15,974 nt of DNA from Candidatus Eiseniibacteriota bacterium (GTDB lineage Bacteria > ARS69), in NCBI GenBank assembly GCA_052390515.1, contig JBQTGV010000013.1:1-15974 (forward strand). Reading direction: 5' to 3'. Shown here piece after piece: positions 1 to 7,363 of the stretch. The translations under genes were made by a program, and so were the position numbers. Every line of letters begins with the position of its first letter. The first letter of the stretch is position 1. Below the pieces are notes generated by a model. It was not told the origin of the DNA and did no database searches. It saw only the letters and a list, made by a program, of their open reading frames with translations.

Positions 1-510
1 CGTCTCGAAGCGGCCGGCGTGACAGGCCCCGGACCGGAACTCCTCCCCGAGGCGAAGCGCCCAGGGCTTCCGCGTGAGATCCGGGAAGATCGTCGCCAGA
101 CCGTCGCTCCCGCGCAGCGTCTCCGCCGCGGCGGACAGCGCTCCGAGGTGCGCGGGGTCGAGGTGCGAGTTGGCGAGGACCAGCGCGCGGGCCCCGTTGC
201 GCCGCAGCGCGCGGCCCAGCTCGACGACGTACGCGGCCACTCGCTCCGGATCGAGCGACAGCGTGCCGGCAAAGCCCTCGGCGAACGGCGCCGCGGTGAA
301 GGCCAGCGGCGGAAGCAAGACGACCTCGGCTCCTCGCTCGACGAGCTTCGCCGCACCCGCACGAGCCATCGCCCGCGCGATGATGACGTCGGTGCCGAGC
401 GGGAGGTGCGGGCCGTGGGCTTCGACGGCGCCGACGGGCAGCACCGCGATCCACTTGCCGGCGGCGAGAGCGGCGGCTTCCTCCCAGGTCATGAGCTCGA
501 GCTGCGACAT
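1..510 (-). CDS. Creatininase/ArfB-family metallo-amidohydrolase (3' end lies beyond the window edge)
   Basis: Hand translation of the minus strand from ATG at 510 gives MSQLELMTWEEAAALAAGKWIAVLPVGAVEAHGPHLPLGTDVIIA...LANSHLDPAH...GACHAGRFET. It has the family motifs MTW.E, LPVG..E.HGPHLPLGTD, N.H and HAG..ET. The frame is open to position 1, and an SD-like GGGAGA lies upstream. It is not in the ORF track because no stop falls inside the window. Confidence 0.9.
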   Translation of the reverse strand, partial: MSQLELMTWEEAAALAAGKWIAVLPVGAVEAHGPHLPLGTDVIIARAMARAGAAKLVERGAEVVLLPPLAFTAAPFAEGFAGTLSLDPERVAAYVVELGRALRRNGARALVLANSHLDPAHLGALSAAAETLRGSDGLATIFPDLTRKPWALRLGEEFRSGACHAGRFET

Positions 511-535
511 GCGCGCGGCGTCTCCCAGGCGGTCG

Positions 536-565
536 TTGACCGCGTTTCGCGCTCGTTCGTATCAT
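536..565 (+). promoter_or_regulatory. Sigma70-type promoter for the CoA ligase gene (probably leaderless or near-leaderless)
   Basis: TTGACC (536-541) - 18 nt - TATCAT (560-565), ending 8 nt before ATG 574. No SD in between. Confidence 0.65.
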
Positions 566-573
566 GACGCGCC

Positions 574-2112
574 ATGTCCTTCAAGCCGCCGGAACGCTTC
601 TGCATCGCCGACTACTTCCTCGACGACCGCATCCGGGAGGGCCGCGGCGATCGGCCGGCGCTGCTCACCGCTGAGCGCGCCTGGACCTATTCCGACGTGC
701 AGCACCTGGCCAACCGCTTCGGCAACGCCCTCCGTGCAGCCGGGGTCCGGCCCGAGGAGCGCGTGCTGATCGCCATGCCGGACGGCGCGGACTACGTCGG
801 AGCGCTCTTCGGAACGCTCAAGATCGGCGCGGTCGTCGTCATGGTGAATCCGGAGCTTCGTGCCGACGCGGTGGCGTACTTCCTGGACTACACGCGCGCC
901 TCCGCGCTCGTCGTGCACGAGTCCTCGGCGGCCGAGTTCGGCGCCGCCGCGCGCGGCGCAATGCACCTGCGGACGGTCCTGACAGCCGGCTCGCCGGCCT
1001 TCGCGAAGGCGCTCGATGCCGCTTCGCCGCAGCTCGAGAACTTCCCGTCGCACAAGGACGACGCGGCCGTCTGGCTCTTCTCCGGCGGCACGACGGGGCG
1101 GCCCAAGGCCGTGGTGCAGACGCACCGCTCCTTCGCCAACACCACGGAGTGCTACGCCAAGGGAGTGATCGGCTACTCCGCCGACGACGTGACGCTCTCC
1201 GTGCCGAAGCTCTACTTCGGCTATGCCACGGGATCGAACCTCTTCTTTCCGTTCGCGGCCGGCGCGCGCGCCGTGCTCTTTCCGGAGCCGGCCACGCCCG
1301 AGGCGCTGTTCGCGCACGTCGCGCGCTTCCGACCCACGATCCTCGTGAACGTGCCGACCCTGATCCATCGCATGGTGAGCCATCCCGACGCCGCGCGTCA
1401 GGACCTCTCCTGCCTGCGCCTGGCGACCTCCGCGGGTGAGGCGCTGCCGGCGGAGCTGCACCGGCGATGGATGGACACGTTCGGCGTGGAGCTCCTCGAC
1501 GGTCTGGGCACGGCGGAGATGTGGCACATCTTCCTCTCCAACCGCCCCGGCGATGTTCGCCCGGGGACGCTGGGCAAGGCCGTTCCCGGATTCGACGTCC
1601 GCGTCTGCGACGACGACGGCCGATGCCTGCCCGACGGCGAGACCGGCTGGCTCCGCGTCCGCGGAGATTCCCGGGCGCTCGGCTACTGGCAGCAGATGGA
1701 GAAGACCGCCGAGGCCTTCCAGGGCGAGTGGTACGTGACCGGCGACATGGTGGTGCGCGACGCCGACGGGACGTTCACCTACTGCGGCCGCGGCGACGAC
1801 ATGCTGAAGGTCTCCGGGAAGTGGCTCTCGCCCAAGGAAGTGGAGAGCTGCCTGCTGCGGCATCCCGCCGTGCGCGAGGCGGCGGTGGTGGGCGTGGCCG
1901 ACGCGGCGGGGCTGACCAAGCCGCACGCTTTCGTGGTGGCCGAGGGCGAAGGACGACCCGAGCTCGGCGAGGAGCTGAAGTCCTTCGTGCGGGAGCAGCT
2001 CGAGCCGTACAAGTACCCGCGCGAGGTGCGCTTCCTGACCGAGTTCCCCCGAACGCACCTGGGCAAGGTCGACCGCGGGAAGCTCCGCGCGCTCGCCGGA
2101 TCAGCCGAGTAG
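574..2112 (+). CDS. Benzoate-CoA ligase family aromatic acid-CoA ligase (AMP-forming); anthranilate-CoA ligase candidate from context
   Basis: 512 aa. ANL motifs include the P-loop WLFSGGTTGRPK, DGLGTAEMWHIFLSN (benzoate-CoA-ligase-type DG.G..E..HIF.SN), WYVTGD, GRGDDMLKVSG, YKYPR and the catalytic Lys in PRTHLGKVDR. Confidence 0.9.
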   Translation: MSFKPPERFCIADYFLDDRIREGRGDRPALLTAERAWTYSDVQHLANRFGNALRAAGVRPEERVLIAMPDGADYVGALFGTLKIGAVVVMVNPELRADAVAYFLDYTRASALVVHESSAAEFGAAARGAMHLRTVLTAGSPAFAKALDAASPQLENFPSHKDDAAVWLFSGGTTGRPKAVVQTHRSFANTTECYAKGVIGYSADDVTLSVPKLYFGYATGSNLFFPFAAGARAVLFPEPATPEALFAHVARFRPTILVNVPTLIHRMVSHPDAARQDLSCLRLATSAGEALPAELHRRWMDTFGVELLDGLGTAEMWHIFLSNRPGDVRPGTLGKAVPGFDVRVCDDDGRCLPDGETGWLRVRGDSRALGYWQQMEKTAEAFQGEWYVTGDMVVRDADGTFTYCGRGDDMLKVSGKWLSPKEVESCLLRHPAVREAAVVGVADAAGLTKPHAFVVAEGEGRPELGEELKSFVREQLEPYKYPREVRFLTEFPRTHLGKVDRGKLRALAGSAE

Positions 2113-3261
2113 ATCGCCGAGCCTCTCGCCCAGCTCGTCGACGTCCGCCTCGTCCTGATAGACGCCGAACCCGAAGCGGATCCGCTCCCCGCGCCAATCG
2201 GTGACGACGCCCTTCTCGCGGAGGCGCGCATGCAGGCGCTCCGCGTCCGACTGCCGGAAGGTGAGGAAGTGACCGCGCTCGGCGAAGGAGCGGTCGGGCA
2301 CCAGGCGACCGGAGTGCAGCTCCCGCGCGCCGAGTCCGTCGAGGCGCTCCAGGAAGCGGCGCTCCAACGCGAGCGCGTGCGCGTGGATGGCGGGGACGTC
2401 GACTCCCTCGCTAAGCCAGAGCTCCATGACCGCGTCGAACCGGTAGAGCCCGCTGGGATCGAATGTCGCGCCGACGAAGCGCGTCCCGTCCTTCGCGTAC
2501 TCGACCGCGCCGCGCCCCTCGCCCGACTCGAGCTTCCCGAAGCCCGCGTACCAGCCGGTGTCGACCGGCCGCTCGCCGAACCCCGGCGGGCAGTGCAGCA
2601 AGCACACCCCTTCGCCGCTCATCGCGTACTTGTACCCGCCGGCGAGGTAGAAGACGCGGTGCTCGACGCCCGAGAGATCCGTGGGCACGGCGAAGAAGCC
2701 GTGATAGCCGTCGATCACGACGAGCGCGTCGTCCCGGGCAGCGTCCGCCACGTCCCGAAAGTCCTCGAACAGGAACCCCGAATTGAAGAACACTTGGCTC
2801 ACGTAGACGAGGTCGTGCTCGCGGGAGGCGGCGCGTTCGAGGAAACGCTGGGCGAAGCTCGGGAACGGCTCCGTCTTCACGCGCTCGACGGCCATGCGTC
2901 CGGCCTCCTCGAAACGGCGGCTCTGCCGCTCGAAGCTGTGGAATTCCGAATCGGTCGTCAGCACCCGGATCGTGCCGGGCGGCAGGCAGGACACGATGCG
3001 CATCAAGAAGTCGTGCGTGTTCGGCCCGAACGCGATCGTCGCGGGATCGGAGAGCGAGAGAACGCGTGCCACGTGCTCCTGTGCGCGTGGAACCAGCTCC
3101 CCGAAGATCCGCTCCCACTTGAAATCGAGCGAGGCCGCGGCGTCGAGCCAGGCGCGCTGCTGCGCCTCGAAGGACACGTCGGGCCAGGGGTGGTGGCTGT
3201 GCGCGGCGAAGTGCAGCCGTCCCGGCGCCGCCGCCAACGTGCGCGAGAAGTGCCGCTTCAG
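2101..3261 (-). CDS. Kynureninase-like PLP-dependent enzyme (aminotransferase class V fold); start codon uncertain (CTG 3261 or TTG 3237)
   Basis: C-terminal part of ORF 2101..4197: LHFAAHSHHPWP, TTDSEFHS, VSQVFFNSG, VIDGYH (PLP Asp), GGYKYAMSGEG (PLP Lys, similar to kynureninase YKY..SG.G), GWYAGF and RFGFGVY. It lies directly downstream of kynA. Confidence 0.8.
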   Translation of the reverse strand: MKRHFSRTLAAAPGRLHFAAHSHHPWPDVSFEAQQRAWLDAAASLDFKWERIFGELVPRAQEHVARVLSLSDPATIAFGPNTHDFLMRIVSCLPPGTIRVLTTDSEFHSFERQSRRFEEAGRMAVERVKTEPFPSFAQRFLERAASREHDLVYVSQVFFNSGFLFEDFRDVADAARDDALVVIDGYHGFFAVPTDLSGVEHRVFYLAGGYKYAMSGEGVCLLHCPPGFGERPVDTGWYAGFGKLESGEGRGAVEYAKDGTRFVGATFDPSGLYRFDAVMELWLSEGVDVPAIHAHALALERRFLERLDGLGARELHSGRLVPDRSFAERGHFLTFRQSDAERLHARLREKGVVTDWRGERIRFGFGVYQDEADVDELGERLGDLLG

Positions 3262-4340
3262 AGCTGGAAGCTCATCTTCCGCGCGACCTCCGGGGGCAGC
3301 TTGGGCAGCGCGGAACGCGGCAGGAAGAACGTGGACAGGTCGAACAGGTCGGTGAAGATCTTGTAGCGCTCGGCCGCCTCCCGCAGGTAGTCGGTGCCGG
3401 AGGTGCCGCCCGTGCCGACCTTGCCGCCGATCATGCGCCAGGCCATCAGCGCATGGCGATGGCGCCAGCTGGTGAGACCCTCGTCCACGTCCATGAGCAG
3501 CTGCAACAGCCGGAAGGGCAGCTGCAGGATCGGCTCGTCGCGGTACAGGTTGATCAGCAGCGCGGCGAGCAGCGCAGGATGGGAAAGGCGGCGACGTCCG
3601 GCGCGGAGCAGTTCGTCGTGCTTCCCGCGCTCGAGCAGCGTCTCGAAGTTCGCCTCGGTGCGCCGGAAGCGGTCGAGCAGCGCGGTCCGTTCCGGCTCGG
3701 TGAGCGCCGCGTTCTCGCGGATCTGCGCCTTGTCCCGCTCCAGCGTGGCGCGCACGGCCCGCTCGTACTCCCGCCAGAAGTCGTACGCGCCGAGCTGCAG
3801 GAACGGCGTCCGAGCGAGCCAGCGGTCCACGAGCGCCAGCAGCGAGGGCTCGATGACGGACTGCTCCACCGCCTTCCGGTCCGTGTCCGACAGCCGCGAC
3901 GTGTATGCCGCACCCTCGATGGTCATGCGCACTTCCGGCGGCAGGCCCAGCCGGTTCTCGAGCAGGCGGAACTGCGCGCTCTGGAAGCCGGACGCGGGCA
4001 CGAGCAGGCTGCGGAAGTCCAGGAAGTCGAGCGGAGTCATGGTCTCCAGCACCTCGATCTGGCCCAGCAGCACGCGCTCGATCGAAACGATACGCCGCAG
4101 GTGAGCCTCGACCTTGCCCATGTCCCGCTCGTCGATGGACGGCGCGCGGAAGAGCGCGAGCACCGCGTCCAGCTCGAAGAGGATCTGCTTGAACCACAGC
4201 TCGTAGGCTTGGTGCACGACGATGAAGAGGTGCTCGTCGTGCACGGCCTTACCGCGCTTCGCGCTCTCCAGCTCCTGGGCGGAGAGCAGCTTGTCCAGGC
4301 AGAGGTAGTCCGAGTAGTAGAGAGGACGCGGCGGCGACAT
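3258..4340 (-). CDS. kynA: Tryptophan 2,3-dioxygenase (long, about 360 aa type)
   Basis: From ATG 4340: MSPPRPLYYSDYLCLDKLLSAQ, HDEHLFIVVHQAYELWFKQ, LETMTPLDFLDFR, PASGFQSAQFR, WRHRH (heme His) and RMIGGKVGTGGTSG..YL. All are TDO hallmarks. Confidence 0.95.
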   Translation of the reverse strand: MSPPRPLYYSDYLCLDKLLSAQELESAKRGKAVHDEHLFIVVHQAYELWFKQILFELDAVLALFRAPSIDERDMGKVEAHLRRIVSIERVLLGQIEVLETMTPLDFLDFRSLLVPASGFQSAQFRLLENRLGLPPEVRMTIEGAAYTSRLSDTDRKAVEQSVIEPSLLALVDRWLARTPFLQLGAYDFWREYERAVRATLERDKAQIRENAALTEPERTALLDRFRRTEANFETLLERGKHDELLRAGRRRLSHPALLAALLINLYRDEPILQLPFRLLQLLMDVDEGLTSWRHRHALMAWRMIGGKVGTGGTSGTDYLREAAERYKIFTDLFDLSTFFLPRSALPKLPPEVARKMSFQL

Positions 4341-4346
4341 GGCCGG

Positions 4347-4355
4347 AAAGTAGCA
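4347..4355 (-). promoter_or_regulatory. Extended -10 promoter (TGn-TACTTT) for kynA, leaderless
   Basis: The minus strand reads TGC-TACTTT-CCGGCC-ATG. The -10 hexamer ends 6 nt before the start codon and there is no SD. Confidence 0.55.
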
Positions 4356-4376
4356 CGATTCCGGCCCCCGGTCGTC

Positions 4377-4405
4377 TTGCCCGCGGGCGCTCCGGCCGCT
4401 AGACT
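4377..4405 (+). promoter_or_regulatory. Sigma70-type promoter for mqnD, leaderless
   Basis: TTGCCC (4377-4382) - 17 nt - TAGACT (4400-4405) - 7 nt - ATG 4413. No SD. Confidence 0.6.
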
Positions 4406-4412
4406 CCGGCGC

Positions 4413-5258
4413 ATGCGCCCGCACACCCTGACGCTCCGGATCGGCCACAGCCCCGACCCCGACGACGCCTTCATGTTCTACGCGCTGGCCCGGGAGGTCG
4501 AGGGCGAGGATGGCGGCATCGAGGTGGAGCACGTGCTCGAGGACATCGAGTCGCTGAACCGTCGCGCTGCAACCGGGGAGCTCGAGGTCACGGCCGTGTC
4601 TGCTGCCGCGTATCCGGGGCTGGCGGACCTGTACTGGATCATGCGCTCGGGGGCGAGCATGGGGCGCGGCTACGGTCCGATCCTCGTCGCGCGGGAGGAG
4701 ATGGACCCCGCGGATCTGGCCGGCCGGACGGTCGCCGTTCCCGGCCTGCAGACCACCGCGAACCTGCTGCTCGGCATCCACTGTCCCGGAGTCGAGCGCG
4801 AGGTCGTCGCCTTCGACGCCATCCCGGACCACGTGCTCGACGGCCGCTGCGACGTCGGACTGCTCATCCACGAGGGGCAGCTCACCTACGCGGACCTCGG
4901 CCTGCGCAAGATCCTGGACTTCGGTGTGGTCTGGCAGGAGGAGACTGGCGGGCTGCCGCTTCCCCTCGGGCTGGACCTCGTCCGCAAGGACCTCGGCCGC
5001 GAGACGGCCTCGCGCATCTCCGCCACGCTCCGCCGCTCCATCGAGCACGCGCTGGCACACGAGGACGACGCGCTCACGTACGCGCTCGGGTTCGGCCGTG
5101 GGATCAGCCGCGACGTCGGGCGCCGTTTCGTGCGCATGTACGTCAACGAGGACACGCTGGACATGGGCGAGGAAGGGCTCGCCGCGCTGCGCCATCTGTA
5201 CGCGCGTGCGAAGGAGAAGAGCCTGCTCGACCGCATCCCGGATCTCGAGCTGGTTTGA
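4413..5258 (+). CDS. mqnD: 1,4-dihydroxy-6-naphthoate synthase, MqnA/MqnD family (futalosine menaquinone pathway)
   Basis: 281 aa from ATG 4413: GHSPDPDDAFMFYAL, DIESLN, GASMGRGYGP, VAVPG..TTA, GLLIHEGQLTY, LPLPLG and MYVNE, matching the MqnD pattern. Confidence 0.85.
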   Translation: MRPHTLTLRIGHSPDPDDAFMFYALAREVEGEDGGIEVEHVLEDIESLNRRAATGELEVTAVSAAAYPGLADLYWIMRSGASMGRGYGPILVAREEMDPADLAGRTVAVPGLQTTANLLLGIHCPGVEREVVAFDAIPDHVLDGRCDVGLLIHEGQLTYADLGLRKILDFGVVWQEETGGLPLPLGLDLVRKDLGRETASRISATLRRSIEHALAHEDDALTYALGFGRGISRDVGRRFVRMYVNEDTLDMGEEGLAALRHLYARAKEKSLLDRIPDLELV

Positions 5259-5260
5259 TG

Positions 5261-5410
5261 CCGTCTCGGAGGATCAGATGGCCGAGCGTCGTAGCCGCCG
5301 TGTCCGGAGACACGGACGACGGAGGAAGGCTCCCACGAAGCGAGCGAGGCACGGATGCCGAGCGAGCGTGAGCGCGGCGATCTGATCCGTCTCTCTCGAG
5401 ACGGATCACT
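5261..5410. repeat. Palindromic intergenic element (REP/MITE-like) with nested inverted repeats
   Basis: Inverted pairs: CCGTCTCG 5261-5268 / CGAGACGG 5397-5404; GGATCAGAT 5271-5279 / ATCTGATCC 5380-5388; CGTCGT 5287-5292 / ACGACG 5316-5321; CCGTGTC 5298-5304 / GACACGG 5309-5315. Confidence 0.55.
5383..5408. terminator. Perfect 11-bp hairpin between convergent mqnD and SLC13 genes; possible terminator or RNA-stabilising stem
   Basis: TGATCCGTCTC-TCTC-GAGACGGATCA, 5 nt past the SLC13 stop codon. There is no U-tract on either side, so intrinsic termination is not certain. Confidence 0.45.
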
Positions 5411-5413
5411 CGA

Positions 5414-7234
5414 TCAGAACAGGCCGACCTTCAGCGGGATCCCGATCGACACGATGATCCAGGCGATCACCGTGAGCGGCAGCCCCAAGCGCAGGTAGTC
5501 CGAGTAGCGGTAGCCGCCGGGCCCCATGACCATCAGATTCACCTGGTGGCCCGCCGGCGTGGCGAAGCACATCGACCCGCCGAAGGCGATGGCCAGCACG
5601 CACCCGCGGACCAGCGCCTGCGCGTGCGGATCCCCTGGCGCGAGCCCCTGCGCGGCCGCGTAGGTTTGCGCGGTCAGCACCGCGATCGGCGTGAGCAGCA
5701 CGGCCACCGCCGCGTGCGCGATGAGCATGTTCAGCAGGATGCAGAGCAGCACGAATCCGGAGATGAGCGCCGCCGCGCCCCAACCGGCGGCCACTCCGAC
5801 GATCGCGCCGGCCACGAGAGACGCGGCTCCGGTCCTCTCCATCGCCGTCCCCAGCGAGAGCGTTCCGACGATGAACAGCAGCACCGGCCAGTCGATGGTG
5901 TGATACACGCGCCGGGGTGTGACGCAGCCGGTCCCGATCATGGCCAGCGCTCCCATCATCGCCACGAACGGCAAGGGCAGCCACGGCGTGTCCCACACGG
6001 CGCTGGTAGCGAACAGCACGACCACCGACCCCGCGATGGTGAGTGCGCGCCTCCCCCGCTGCCGGAGCCGGACCGCCCCGTCCGCGCCGGTCAGCACGTA
6101 GAAGTCGTCGCTCGCGGCGAGGCGCGTCTCCGCCTCCTCGTCGCCGAGTACGAGCAGCAGGTCCCCGGCGCGCAGGTGCAGCTTGCTCACGCGCTCGCGG
6201 ATGTGCTGGCCGGCGCGCAGCACGGCGACGGTGACGGCACCGTAATCCCGCCACAGCTCCAGCTCCTGCGCGGAGCGTCCCACCAGCGGCGAGTGCGGGG
6301 CTATGGCCACTTCGAAGAAGGACATCTCCTTGTCGGTGGAGCGCGTGCCGGCGGCGTAGCGCAGGCCGAGCTCGCGCTGCAAGTCCACGATCTCGTCCAC
6401 CCCGCCGCGAAGCATGACGACGTCGCCCTTGGTCACGGTATGACCCGGGAACGGGCCGAAGACCATCTCCTCCTCCCGCACGTAGAAGACCAGCTCGGCC
6501 TTGACCTTGCCGAAGACGTCGTCGTACGGGCGGCCGATGAGCGTCGACGTCGGCCCGATCACGAGCTCGGTCACGTACCGGCGGTGCCCCCGGCCGCCGC
6601 CCATGAGCACGGTCAGGCTCTTGCGGTCCGGCAGGATCTTGCGGGCGAAGAGCGTCAGGTACAGGAGCCCGCTCATCGTCAGGAAGATGGCCACCGGCGT
6701 CATCTCGAACATGCCGATCGGCGCCTGCCCCCACTCCTCGGCGACGCCGCTCACGATCAGGTTCGTGGACGTTCCGATCAGCGTGTTCATCCCGCCGAGC
6801 AGTGCGCAGAACGAGAGCGGCATCAGCAGGTGCGACACCGGCGAGCCCGTCGTCCGGGCCATCTCCACCATGATCGGCAGGAAGACCACGACCACGGCGG
6901 TGTCGTTCAGGAAGCTGGAGACGAACGCCGCGACGCCCCCGGCCAGGAGGATCATGCGCCGCGTGCGCCCCAGCGAGACCCGCAGCAGGGTCCGCGCCAC
7001 GAACTCGAGGGACCCGGTGCGCGTGAGCCCTTCGCCCACGACGTACAGCCCGGCGATGGTCAGGATGGCCTTGTTGCCGAAGCCGGCGACGGCCTCGCCG
7101 TAGGACAGGATCCCGGCGAGTACCGGCGCCACCATCAGCAGGATGCCGATGGCGTCGATCCGCACGCGACCGGCGACCAGCATCGCCAGCGTGGCGAGAG
7201 CCAGTCCGAGGACGAAGGTGACCTGCCAGTCCAT
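5414..7234 (-). CDS. SLC13/DASS-like permease with central TrkA-C (RCK_C) domains
   Basis: 606 aa with hydrophobic N- and C-terminal halves. Motifs [29 protein letters not shown] and [26 protein letters not shown]. The soluble centre has S.LIGR/SPLVGR and L.AGDLLLV.G segments typical of TrkA-C. Confidence 0.9.
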   Translation of the reverse strand: MDWQVTFVLGLALATLAMLVAGRVRIDAIGILLMVAPVLAGILSYGEAVAGFGNKAILTIAGLYVVGEGLTRTGSLEFVARTLLRVSLGRTRRMILLAGGVAAFVSSFLNDTAVVVVFLPIMVEMARTTGSPVSHLLMPLSFCALLGGMNTLIGTSTNLIVSGVAEEWGQAPIGMFEMTPVAIFLTMSGLLYLTLFARKILPDRKSLTVLMGGGRGHRRYVTELVIGPTSTLIGRPYDDVFGKVKAELVFYVREEEMVFGPFPGHTVTKGDVVMLRGGVDEIVDLQRELGLRYAAGTRSTDKEMSFFEVAIAPHSPLVGRSAQELELWRDYGAVTVAVLRAGQHIRERVSKLHLRAGDLLLVLGDEEAETRLAASDDFYVLTGADGAVRLRQRGRRALTIAGSVVVLFATSAVWDTPWLPLPFVAMMGALAMIGTGCVTPRRVYHTIDWPVLLFIVGTLSLGTAMERTGAASLVAGAIVGVAAGWGAAALISGFVLLCILLNMLIAHAAVAVLLTPIAVLTAQTYAAAQGLAPGDPHAQALVRGCVLAIAFGGSMCFATPAGHQVNLMVMGPGGYRYSDYLRLGLPLTVIAWIIVSIGIPLKVGLF

Positions 7235-7243
7235 GAGCCCCGA

Positions 7244-7252
7244 ACCCTATCA
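7244..7252 (-). promoter_or_regulatory. Candidate extended -10 (TGn-TAGGGT) for the SLC13 gene
   Basis: The minus strand reads TGA-TAGGGT-TCGGGGCTC-ATG, 9 nt before the start codon. Confidence 0.4.
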
Positions 7253-7293
7253 CGGCTGCCGGGAGCCGTCGTTCCCTTGTCGGCCGGGAGGGC

Positions 7294-7363
7294 GGCGGGT
7301 TCGAGCCGTGGCGCAACCCACCGGCGGGCTGCTTCGAGCCGCTGGGCAACCCACCCACCGGCG
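7294..7363. repeat. Imperfect tandem direct repeat (two copies, 33-bp period) in the divergent intergenic region
   Basis: TTCGAGCCGTGGCGCAACCCACCGGCG (7300-7326) versus TTCGAGCCGCTGGGCAACCCACCCACCGGCG (7333-7363). GGCGGG lies just upstream of each copy. Confidence 0.7.

Noticed and set aside
19-769. Plus-strand ORFs 19..567 and 74..769
   Set aside because: They are antisense shadows of the minus-strand creatininase-family gene, with Arg/Ala/Ser-rich composition and no motifs.
3250-3280. Programmed frameshift producing a KynA-kynureninase fusion
   Set aside because: No slippery heptamer is evident, kynA ends at a normal length, and a 4-nt stop/start overlap explains the junction more simply.
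2101-5258. Long N-terminal extensions of ORF-track entries 2101..4197, 3258..5195 and 3453..5258, suggesting fusions or overlapping genes
   Set aside because: The extensions are off-frame or antisense read-through of neighbouring genes, expected at high GC. Family motifs begin only at about 3261, 4340 and 4413.
7294-7320. GGGTTCGAG...CCA resembling a tRNA T-loop and 3' end (possible att site)
   Set aside because: The T-stem does not pair, there is no D or anticodon arm, and no integrase is nearby.
7300-7363. Direct repeats as a mini-CRISPR array
   Set aside because: There are only two imperfect copies with almost no spacer, and no cas genes.
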